Shown here piece after piece: positions 9,490 to 18,497 of a DNA stretch of 32,000 nt (position 1 is the stretch's first letter; each line of letters begins with the position of its first letter). The DNA comes from Methanothermobacter thermautotrophicus str. Delta H. Its GTDB lineage: Archaea; Methanobacteriota; Methanobacteria; Methanobacteriales; Methanothermobacteraceae. Where the stretch lies: NCBI RefSeq assembly GCF_000008645.1, contig NC_000916.1, positions 1,020,001 through 1,052,000 on the forward strand, given 5' to 3'. Below the pieces are notes generated by a model. That model was given only the letters and a program-made list of their open reading frames with translations. It did no database searches and was not told the origin of the DNA. The position numbers were made by a program, and so were the translations under genes.

Positions 9490-11460
9490 TCATGGTTCCA
9501 ATCTCACAAAGTCAATTCCCTCCTCTATGAAGTCCTCGATTATCAGGGCCGCTGCAGGTGTTTCGACCATTATACCGAATTCAACGTCCCTGTGGGGTTT
9601 AAGGCCAGCCTCCTCAGCGATCATCTTGGCCTTTCTGAGTTCATCAGGGTGCTGGACCAGTGGTATCATTATGCCTATGTTAGTGTAACCCTGCTCATGG
9701 AGTTTCTTTATCGCCCGGAACTCGGCCCTCAGGATCTCGGGTTCATCGAGTTCCCTGCGTATACCCCTCCATCCAAGCATCGGGTTGTGCTCGTAGGGCT
9801 CATTTTCACCGCCCTCAAGGGTTTTGAATTCGTCTGTGGGCGCATCCAGGGTCCTGTACCATACGGGGCGTGGATAGAACTCATCTGCAACCTTAAGGAT
9901 GTTCTCTGCAAGGGTATTGACGAGTTCGTCCTCCCTGCCCTCCTCAATGAACTTCCTGGGGTGCACGCCCGTGGTTAACATCATGTGCTCTGTCCTTAAA
10001 AGTCCAACCCCGTCGGCCCCTGTGGCGGCGGCCTTCCTTGCAGCCTCTGGCATGCTGACGTTGACCTTGACCTCTGTGACTGTCAGAAGGGGTGACTCCA
10101 CGGTGACGGTCTCGGCCTCAGCCTCCTTCTTCTCCCCCTCAATTACACTGCCCTCATAGACGAGTCCCCTGTTACCGTCTATGCTGACGACCTGGTTCTC
10201 CTTGAGGACCTCAGTTGCGTTCCCGGTACCAACAACGCAGGGTATTCCAAGTTCACGGGACACTATGGCTGCATGGCATGTGACACCACCCTCATCGGTT
10301 ATTATGCCGCTGGCCCTCTTCATGGCTGGCACCATGTCGGGGGTTGTCATGACCGTGACGAGAATATCTCCGATCTGTATCTTGTCAAGTTCATGGATCT
10401 CCCTGATTATCTTGACCCTACCTGAGGCAAGGCCCGGGCTTGCACCGAGGCCCTTAACCAGTATCTCCCTGGATTTGACCTCTGTCTCCTCGGTTGCCTC
10501 TCCCAGGGTTGTTATGGGTCTTGACTGGAGCATGTAAACGTCACCATCCATTATGGCCCATTCTGTGTCCTGTGGTGAGCCGTAGTGGTCCTGTATCCTC
10601 CTGCCCATCTCTGCAAGGGCCGCGATCTCCCCGTCAGAGAGAACACGTTTGTTCCGGAGTTCAGGGGGGACCTCCTTCTTCACGGTTCTGCCATCCTCCC
10701 GGGTGAACATTATGTTCTTCTCACCAACAGTAAATTCAAGGAGCTTCCCTGTTCCCTTATCAACCCAGTAGGTGTCAGGGGTGACTGAGCCTGATACAAC
10801 GGCCTCACCAAGGCCCCATGACCCCTCTATTAGTATCCTGTCCTCACCTGTTGATGGGTGGACCGTGAACATGACCCCTGCCTTCTCGGCGTCCACCATC
10901 TCCTGGACAACGACTGCTATGTAAACCTTTGAGTGGTCGAAGTTGTTCTCCTCCCTGTAGAATATGGCCCTGGCCTCAAAGAGGGATGCCCAGCACCTCC
11001 TTACATAATCCAGGACATCCTCGGCGCCCCTGATGTTCAGGAAGGTGTCCTGCTGACCCGCAAAGGATGCTTCGGGGAGGTCCTCTGCCGTGGCTGAGGA
11101 ACGTATGGCTACGTAAACATCATCCTTTCCTATCCTCTGACATAGTGCATTGTAGGACTCTATTATGAGGGTCTGTATGTCCTCCGGTACCTCAGTTGAT
11201 GTTATTATGTCCTTTATCTCGGCTGAAACCCTCTGGAGTTCCTTTGTATCGTTGACATCAAGGTTTTCAAGCATCTCCATGACCACCGGCTGCAGTCCGG
11301 TGTCTGTCATGAACTTGTCATAGGTCGCCGCTGTTACAACAAAACCCGGGGGGACGGGTATGCCTGCCTGTGTCAGTTCACCCAGGTTGGCCCCCTTTCC
11401 ACCGGCTATTCCCACATCATCCTTACCGAGTTCCTCAAAAAACGCCACATACTTAACCAT
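9490..11460 (-). CDS. ppsA: Phosphoenolpyruvate synthase, main open frame (truncated at the C-terminus by frameshift)
   Basis: MVKYVAFFEELGKDDVGIAGGKGANLGEL start; GGVTCHAAIVSRELGIPCVVG phosphohistidine region; ends FVRLEP stop where DLTQYT should follow. Track start at 11544 lies inside the neighbouring ribosomal gene; trimmed. Confidence 0.93.
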   Translation of the reverse strand: MVKYVAFFEELGKDDVGIAGGKGANLGELTQAGIPVPPGFVVTAATYDKFMTDTGLQPVVMEMLENLDVNDTKELQRVSAEIKDIITSTEVPEDIQTLIIESYNALCQRIGKDDVYVAIRSSATAEDLPEASFAGQQDTFLNIRGAEDVLDYVRRCWASLFEARAIFYREENNFDHSKVYIAVVVQEMVDAEKAGVMFTVHPSTGEDRILIEGSWGLGEAVVSGSVTPDTYWVDKGTGKLLEFTVGEKNIMFTREDGRTVKKEVPPELRNKRVLSDGEIAALAEMGRRIQDHYGSPQDTEWAIMDGDVYMLQSRPITTLGEATEETEVKSREILVKGLGASPGLASGRVKIIREIHELDKIQIGDILVTVMTTPDMVPAMKRASGIITDEGGVTCHAAIVSRELGIPCVVGTGNATEVLKENQVVSIDGNRGLVYEGSVIEGEKKEAEAETVTVESPLLTVTEVKVNVSMPEAARKAAATGADGVGLLRTEHMMLTTGVHPRKFIEEGREDELVNTLAENILKVADEFYPRPVWYRTLDAPTDEFKTLEGGENEPYEHNPMLGWRGIRRELDEPEILRAEFRAIKKLHEQGYTNIGIMIPLVQHPDELRKAKMIAEEAGLKPHRDVEFGIMVETPAAALIIEDFIEEGIDFVRLEP

Positions 11461-11515
11461 TTTATCCCCTGGACTAGCTGTGTGATGATTATTGAATTTG
11501 AAAAAAATTAGAGGT

Positions 11516-11998
11516 TTATTTAACCAGTTCCTCGCCCCTGTCAATGACGATCCTGCATGGCACCGGGAACTTCATTGCAGCCCTTCTGAGGGCTTCCTTG
11601 GCATCCTTGAAGTTCTTCTTGTTCGTTTCGATTGTAATTATCTTCTGGTTCTTCTTAACGAGTGCCACAGTACTTACAGGTTTACCGAAGGCCTTCCTCA
11701 TACCGTCCTGTACACGGTCAGCCCCGGCACCGGTCGCCATGGGGTTTTCACGTACAATGTGGTGGGGGTAAACCCTTATTTTGAGGTGGTAACCCATCCT
11801 ACCGGCCCTCCTCTGCATGTAACGGTTTGAAGCTATCCTGGCAGCCTCAAGGGCGTTGTGGGTTATCTGGGTGGGTGCCTTGACGGCCACACTCAGTGAA
11901 ATAGGGAATTCAGCTGAGAGGTTACCCATATCATATTGAACGATCTTTGAACCTGGAATCTTCTTGATATATTCTCTTCTTGTGTATGCACGAACCAT
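11516..11998 (-). CDS. rpl10e: Large ribosomal subunit protein uL16 (archaeal L10e)
   Basis: 160 aa; [26 protein letters not shown]...[24 protein letters not shown]-like sequence. Confidence 0.95.
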
Positions 11999-12160
11999 AA
12001 ATAATCCTCCTGTGATCCTGTGAGAATAACTATGAAATGAGTATCTCGGTAACCATTAATAAATATTGTCTTGGACAGCAAAGAGTTAATAGATAACCTG
12101 AAAATATAAGGATACATATAATTAGCAGGGATGGTTTTTAAAAGTTTCCATGGTGTCATC

Positions 12161-12952
12161 ATGAAGATAGCCATAACAGGTAAGGGTGGGGTCGGCAAGA
12201 CAACCATAGCCGGGACCCTGGCCTGCATATTCTCAGAGAACTTCCAGGTCTTTGCCATAGACGCTGACCCTGATATGAACCTGGCATCCAGCATAGGGAT
12301 AAAGGGGGATGTGGAGCCGATATCAAGGATGAAGGATGTTATAAGGGAGCGAACCGGTGCTGAGCCGGGTTCCTCCTTCGGTGAGGTCTTCAAGCTAAAC
12401 CCCAGGATAGGTGACCTCCCGGATTCCCTCTCAATTGAACATCCCCTCCGCCCCGGCCTCAGGGTCATGGTGATGGGCACCGTTGAACATGGAGGTGAGG
12501 GATGCGTATGCCCGGCCTCGGTGCTCCTCAAGGCCCTGCTGAGGCACCTGATACTCAGGAAGGATGAGATGGTTATACTGGACATGGAGGCGGGGATAGA
12601 GCACCTTGGAAGGAGAACCGCTGAATCCGTGGACCTCATGGTGGTGGTGGTTGAACCCGGCCTCAAATCACTTGAAACCGCTGAAAGGATAAAGAAGCTC
12701 GCAGGTGACATTGGAGTGAAGAGGATAATGGCAGTGATAAACAAGGTCTCAGATATCCATGAGGAGGAATTCATGAGGGAGCGACTCGCATCCCTTAACC
12801 TGGAGGTCCTTGGATCGGTGCCAAGGGATGAAAAGGTTATAGCCGCGGATATGAGGGGAGAACCCCTCATGATGTACCCTGATTCAGAGGCACTGAGGTC
12901 CATAAGGGACATCTCAGAGAGGATAATATCACTCCAGGAGGAGGTGGGATGA
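12161..12952 (+). CDS. CooC-like P-loop ATPase (CO dehydrogenase/nickel-enzyme maturation factor family)
   Basis: MKIAITGKGGVGKTTIAGTLA Walker A (deviant), AIDADPDMNLA, GEGCVCPASVLLKALLRHLI, DMEAGIEHLGR. Confidence 0.85.
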   Translation: MKIAITGKGGVGKTTIAGTLACIFSENFQVFAIDADPDMNLASSIGIKGDVEPISRMKDVIRERTGAEPGSSFGEVFKLNPRIGDLPDSLSIEHPLRPGLRVMVMGTVEHGGEGCVCPASVLLKALLRHLILRKDEMVILDMEAGIEHLGRRTAESVDLMVVVVEPGLKSLETAERIKKLAGDIGVKRIMAVINKVSDIHEEEFMRERLASLNLEVLGSVPRDEKVIAADMRGEPLMMYPDSEALRSIRDISERIISLQEEVG

Positions 12953-12953
12953 G

Positions 12954-13226
12954 ATGAATCCTGAACTACAGCCCCAAAACAGGCAGAAGAAAATGATGAT
13001 ATCCATAACCATAAAAGCAGAATATGAATCCAGGGAGGAGGCCGAGATCATGAAAAGGGCCCTTGAACCAGATAACGCATCATTTGTTGAATCCGAAATT
13101 CAGGGCTCCGAGGTCAGGTTCACCACAGAGGCGGATTCCATTGGCACCGCCCTCAACACCGCAGATGACCTTATATTCTCTGAGATGGTGGTTGAGAAGA
13201 TGATGAAACCATGTGATACTGACTGA
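12954..13226 (+). CDS. KEOPS complex Pcc1-like subunit
   Basis: 90 aa; IKAEYESREEAEIMKRALEPDN...GSEVRFTTEADSIGTALNTADDLI matches the small Pcc1 fold pattern. Confidence 0.72.
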   Translation: MNPELQPQNRQKKMMISITIKAEYESREEAEIMKRALEPDNASFVESEIQGSEVRFTTEADSIGTALNTADDLIFSEMVVEKMMKPCDTD

Positions 13227-13265
13227 ATTATTGAAATTAGGTGTGAATAAATAAACGGTGATCGG

Positions 13266-14807
13266 ATGAAATTCAAACTCAAGGGAATAATAAAACTCAG
13301 CAAAGAGGTTCCTGGGATAGAGGATGACCTGGAAAAATTCTTCACTGAAGCCGAATCAGACATCCTGCGCAGGGGAGTCCCCGAGGGGCAGGAACATGAA
13401 GCAGCCCATATAAAATCCTGGAGACTTGAAGGCGACACACTCCACATTGAGATGGAGTCAGGGAGACGGGTCAGGGCCCATGATGGTCTTCTAAGGCTCA
13501 AGAAACCCCTTGGACAGTTACTCGGGCCAAAGTACAGGGTGGGTGTTAGGGGGATATCAGTCACCGATTACACCATGGAAATGAAGGCCCCGGGTGTATC
13601 AGGTATCCCCAGCCTGGCTGAACTGCCCTTCGTGGAGGACGCCGCCATCACAGATGGCACCATAATGGTCAGATTCCAGCCCCTGGAGGAATCCGACCTG
13701 AGGAAACACGTGTTCGACCGTGTGGTGAAGCACGCCAGGACCCTTGTTGAATCATCAGATGACCTGACGGTACAGGTCACAAGGGCAACGCCCGGTGAGA
13801 TAATTGCCAGGAGCAGGAGCAGGGATTTTTTCTTTGAGGGTGACCCCACAGAGGAGGCTATGCGCCTTGGATGGGTCAAGAAGTTCCCTGGAAGGGGACA
13901 GTGGTTCTACGGTCCAAAGATAACCGCCCTCCACCGGGCCCTGGAGGAGTTCTTCATTGAAAGGATTGTGAAACCCCTGGGATTTGTTGAGTGCCTCTTC
14001 CCCAAACTCATACCCCTTGACATCATGAACAAGATGAGGTACCTTGAGGGCCTCCCTGAGGGGATGTACTACTGCAGCGCCCCGAGCAGGGACCCTGAGA
14101 CCTTTGAGGAGTTCAAAAATGAGCTCATCATAAACCGGGAGGTTCCCATGGATCTGCTTAAGAGGGGAATAAAGGATCCCGGTTACGTTATAGCCCCGGC
14201 CCAGTGCGAACCCTTCTACCAGTTCCTCTCACACGAGGTTGTGAGTGCTGAGGACCTCCCAGTAAAGTTCTTTGACAGGAGCGGCTGGACCTACAGGTGG
14301 GAGGCCGGAGGGTCCAAGGGCCTTGACAGGGTCCATGAATTCCAGAGGGTGGAACTCGTATGGCTGGCCGAACCAGGAGAGACAGAGGAGATACGTGACC
14401 GGACAGTTGAACTCTCACATGATGCCGCCGATGAACTGGAACTTGAATGGTACACAGAGGTGGGTGATGACCCCTTCTACCTGGAGGGCCGGAAGGTTGA
14501 GGAGAGGGGTATAGAGTTCCCTGATGTTCCAAAGTATGAGATGAGGCTCTCACTCCCTGGAAGGGAGAAGGGGGTTGCAGTTGTATCAGCCAATGTCCAT
14601 GGCACCCACTTCATCGAGGGCTTCTCAATAAGGGAGGCCCGTAACCTGAACATCTGGACCGGCTGCACCGGCATAGGGCTCTCAAGGTGGATCTATGGTT
14701 TCCTGGCCCAGAAGGGCTTTGAGACCGGGAACTGGCCAGACTTCATAGGAGAACGTGTTGAAGGAGTTGAGAACCCGAGAATCATAACCTGGCCGCGCCA
14801 GGACTGA
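13266..14807 (+). CDS. serS: Type-2 (methanogenic, atypical) serine--tRNA ligase
   Basis: 513 aa; MKFKLKGIIKLSKEVPGIEDDLEKFF..., class II motifs ...FHEFQRVELVWLAEP..., GLSRWIYGFLAQKGF. Confidence 0.93.
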   Translation: MKFKLKGIIKLSKEVPGIEDDLEKFFTEAESDILRRGVPEGQEHEAAHIKSWRLEGDTLHIEMESGRRVRAHDGLLRLKKPLGQLLGPKYRVGVRGISVTDYTMEMKAPGVSGIPSLAELPFVEDAAITDGTIMVRFQPLEESDLRKHVFDRVVKHARTLVESSDDLTVQVTRATPGEIIARSRSRDFFFEGDPTEEAMRLGWVKKFPGRGQWFYGPKITALHRALEEFFIERIVKPLGFVECLFPKLIPLDIMNKMRYLEGLPEGMYYCSAPSRDPETFEEFKNELIINREVPMDLLKRGIKDPGYVIAPAQCEPFYQFLSHEVVSAEDLPVKFFDRSGWTYRWEAGGSKGLDRVHEFQRVELVWLAEPGETEEIRDRTVELSHDAADELELEWYTEVGDDPFYLEGRKVEERGIEFPDVPKYEMRLSLPGREKGVAVVSANVHGTHFIEGFSIREARNLNIWTGCTGIGLSRWIYGFLAQKGFETGNWPDFIGERVEGVENPRIITWPRQD

Positions 14808-14821
14808 ATGGTGGTGATGCC

Positions 14822-15169
14822 TTGAACTGCGACAAACACCCTGAACGTGAGGGTGTGGCCTCATGCATAATATGCGGGAGGATACTCTGCGAGGAGTGCC
14901 GGCTTAAACTCGCCGGCAAGAACTACTGCCAGAGCTGCGCAGATAAGCTCTTCCAGGAAAGATCCGGAGAACCTGTGAAAGGGAAGGGGATGGGTCTGGG
15001 GGCTAAAATCCTCATCGCCCTCCTCATAATCCTCTGTGTCCTTGCACTGGTATCCTACCTGATCTACACGGTGTACCTTGCACCATACTATGGAAGTGCT
15101 GAGAACGTCATGAGGATACTCATGAATGACCCTGAAAGGATAATAAGATTCCTCTCAGCTAACATCTAA
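14822..15169 (+). CDS. Small zinc-binding (B-box-like) protein with one transmembrane helix
   Basis: TTG start; CDKHPEREGVASCIICGRILCEECRLKLAGKNYCQSC followed by ILIALLIILCVLALVSYLIYTVYL. Confidence 0.75.
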   Translation: MNCDKHPEREGVASCIICGRILCEECRLKLAGKNYCQSCADKLFQERSGEPVKGKGMGLGAKILIALLIILCVLALVSYLIYTVYLAPYYGSAENVMRILMNDPERIIRFLSANI

Positions 15170-15240
15170 ACCACTGAAATAGGAGTCAGAGCAGCTAAGA
15201 TTCCTCTCAGCTAACATCTAAACCACTGAAATAGGAGTCA
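15144..15240 (+). repeat. 45-bp perfect direct duplication, period 52 bp
   Basis: taagattcctctcagctaacatctaaaccactgaaataggagtca at 15144-15188 and 15196-15240, separated by gagcagc. Confidence 0.97.
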
Positions 15241-15249
15241 TTGGCAAAC

Positions 15250-16400
15250 TCAAACCATACCCTCAAGCCTCTCAGGATACTTCAGCTCCCTGAACTCAAC
15301 CATGAAGGTTGTCCATTCATTTGAATGGCAATCAATACTCCCCTCAAGCTGTTTCACCAGATTCTTAACAAGCTCCAGGCCGATGCCGGCTGATTCCTGA
15401 AGGCTGAAGTTATCGGGAAGGCCCCGCCATTATCAGCCACCACCAGAATGAATCCATCATCCCGGGCCTCAAGGGATATTCTGATGGTTCCACCATCAGT
15501 AAATGCATGCCTGAGGCTGTTGGATACAAGTTCGCCCACTATGAGGCCCAGTGGAACGGCTGTCTCAATATTGAACTCCACATCAGGTACATCCAGCTCG
15601 AATTCGGCGGCTGATTGATACATGTCACGGAGGTAGCCTGTGAGGCCCGAGACATAGGATGCGAAGCTGATGCTGCTGGACTCGGGGCTTGATAGAAGCA
15701 TCTCATGGATCACCGCAATTGACTTTATCCTCAGCTGAAGACTCCTCATGATCTCGGCGTGCTCCCGGGGCATTTTGGAGGACTGGATGCTTATCAGGCT
15801 GGATATTATCTGCAGGTTATTTTTGACGCGGTGATGGAGTTCTGCAAGGAGTGTTCTGTTGGCCTCAAGGGACCTCCTTGCAGCCTCCTCTGAATTCTTT
15901 ATATCTGTGAGGTCCTCGAAGATTCCAAGGAATCCGCCCTCGATTCTGGTGATGACCACACGGAGCCACCTTCCATCCATCCTTACCATGAATTCCCTGT
16001 CAGGGCCGGGTTCGAGGTCCGGGTGGATCTCACCAATCAGCATGCCATCCAGGGAATCACCATGGAACCTCCCCATGGCAGGGTTGGATTCAAGTATTCT
16101 GCCGTAGGTGTCCATGAGGACCACACCCAGAGGAAGTTCCATGAAGAGTGATCGGAACTTATGCTCGCTGATCCTCAGTGCCCTCTCCTTATCAGTGAGG
16201 GATCTGAGGTATAACTTAAGGAGAAAATAGAGAAGTAAAGACGTTAAAATTATGAAGAGTGAGCCCTTGAGAACAGATAACCTCACCATAACGTGGGGCT
16301 GGAACATGAGGGCTACAAGGTAATCAGAGGATAGAATCCAGAGTATGCTGAAGAGGGCATAGTAGAGTGCTATCCTGAGTGCATCTCTTTCTGGATCCAT
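15250..16400 (-). pseudogene. Membrane PAS-domain sensor histidine kinase (HisKA_2/HATPase_c) with an apparent frameshift in the ATPase domain near 15410-15430
   Basis: Open frame 15354-16400 (348 aa) includes LHHRVKNNLQIISSLISIQSS and SNSLRHAF. After VVADNGG the natural continuation LPDNFSLQESAGIGLELVKNLVKQLEGSIDCHSNEWTTFMVEFRELKYPERLEGMV is in another frame, stopping at 15250-15252. Confidence 0.8.
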
Positions 16401-16480
16401 GTATTGATTATGGTTGTGGAAATATAATAAATTTGGTGACCTCTGGGTAGGACAAAAACAGATTACAGGATATGGGGGAA

Positions 16481-17233
16481 TTAATCCTCCCCTGCATCCT
16501 CAACCTCTTCCTCCTTTTCTTCAGCTTCCATGTCCCTCTTTTCGAAGACATCGGCGAATTCGACCTTCTCAACACCTTCGATGTTCTCCCAGATGTCACG
16601 GGCTATCCTGAACCTTGCAAGGGTCACGTCCATGTATGACCTGTTATCGAAACGGGTCATCTCATCCATATGTATTATAACTTTCCCGTCCTCTATTTTA
16701 ACCTCTGTCTTGTCTATGTCCATGTTCTGGGACGGGTAGTGGAGCTGGATCATGCTCTTTACCTTCTCAGCATCATCCGTGATTATCTCCTTAACCTTTA
16801 AATCGTATTCAAGGGTTTTTCCTGCCAGTTCATGGTTGAAGTCAACCCTCACGCGACCTCCTGAGACATTGAGAACCCTGCCCTCATGGCCCTCAACGGT
16901 GAGTGTCATTCCAGGGTATGGCTTTATGCCCTGCCTTTTGAACTCGCCCATGGGTATGAGCTGAACGAGCTTGGGGTCCCTGTTACCGAAGGCGTCCTCG
17001 GGTTCGATCTCGACGTGTTTCTCTTCGCCTTCCTCCATTCCGATGACGGCCTCATCGAGGCCCTTTATGAGGTGTCCGCCGCCAACAACAACGGGTATGG
17101 GGCCGAATATCTTCTTTATGCCGAGCCCTGCTTCCCTGGCAACCTCCTCGTATGTTGTGTCAAAGACCTCGCCGGTCTCCTTGACCTTACCTGTGAATTC
17201 TATTTTTATAAAGTCTCCTTTATTCACTGCCAT
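16481..17233 (-). CDS. FKBP-type peptidyl-prolyl cis-trans isomerase, long archaeal form
   Basis: 250 aa; [51 protein letters not shown]. Confidence 0.93.
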
Positions 17234-18321
17234 ATCTCTAGCCTCCTGTGTGGTATTCTATCTTTAAATTCTTTCAGGATCTGTTTATCCTTAAATCCAA
17301 GAATTCGAATTACTGATGGATAATTTTCTATATATTTATGGACCAGTCCCTTATGAACCTTTGCCTCAAGAACCGATAGTATGCGCTGCCTGTGGTGTCT
17401 GCTGAATGATGGGGGTATGGCCTCCTCAACCTCCCTCAGGGTCATGTACGGTCTTCCCCTGATAAGGGCAGAGGCTGTGACCTCATCGAAGAGGTTAAGG
17501 TCCATGAGCTCGTCCATTCCAGGTTCACTGGCGTTCCTGATTATCTCATCCTCAAGGCGCATGTCATGGAGGGGTGCCCTTCCAGCTTCAATCTCCTCAC
17601 TCAGGACATCCATGGTCTCCGGGGGTAGCATGCCGGCTACCCTCTGAAGGTCCCCATCAGAGACCGCCCTCCGTATCTCTGTGCCGCTCACACCACCGAT
17701 CCTCTCCACGAAGATGAACTTCCCCCTGAAGTCAAATCCAAGCTTACCCAGGGCCCTTGCGAGTGAGGTGATGACGTAGTTGTCCTCCTCCAGTGGGCCC
17801 TTCAGCAGTGTTTCTCCTTTGTCAAGGTCCACGATCCTGTGGGGCCTTGGCACAACCCTGTGGCCCAGGTTTATCCTCCTCAGGACCTCCTCAAAGCCCG
17901 GGATGGGCCGGTAGCCCCGAGGTATCCAGTCTGCATCCAGCGCCCTGAACATGCCTGCAAGGCAGAGTGAGTACTGGCCTGAACCCATAACCCCCATGGG
18001 TGGGCCCTCAACAGCTATGTCTGCCCCTGCACGTATGGCTATTGCTGCCCTCGCCTCACGGGTCATCATGTAGGGCAGACCCCTCCCGTTACGCTCGAGG
18101 GGGCCTGGTATAACCGCAACGAAGAGTCCTTCGGGCACCCTCCTCTTTGCCTCCATCATGCAGTGCCTGTGTCCGATGTGGAAGGGGGAGTACTCGGTGA
18201 AGTCTGCAATGATTTCAGGTTCATCAGCATGGTCACCATACTCAGGCCCCATATCCGCATCATTCTCCATTATCTGAAGGTCCCTTCCCATGATCTTCTT
18301 CAGAAAGGATTCCGATGGCAT
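17224..18321 (-). CDS. HIGH-motif nucleotidyltransferase-superfamily protein of uncertain function (TmcAL-like)
   Basis: [25 protein letters not shown] nucleotide-binding motif and [17 protein letters not shown] (ISSTxIR-like). Confidence 0.65.
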
Positions 18322-18351
18322 AATATTAATCTGTCCCGCGAGATAAATAAG

Positions 18352-18497
18352 GATAGTTCTGGATGGAGTGGACGGTGTCAGAATGCTTGAGCCTTCAAAG
18401 GATAGTTCTGGATGGAGTGGACGGTGTCAGAATGCTTGAGCCTTCAAAGGATAGTTCTGGATGGAGTGGACGGTGTCAGAATGTTTGATCTTTCACT
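18352..18497 (+). repeat. 49-bp tandem repeat (two identical units plus a diverged third) spanning the pyrC translation start
   Basis: gatagttctggatggagtggacggtgtcagaatgcttgagccttcaaag at 18352-18400 and 18401-18449; third copy from 18450 carries the native pyrC ATG (18481). Confidence 0.95.

Noticed and set aside
11893-12912. 339-aa minus-strand ORF opposite the CooC-like gene
   Set aside because: Antisense shadow ORF; the plus strand encodes an unmistakable P-loop ATPase, and the minus product is a Ser/Thr-rich sequence with no recognisable motif.
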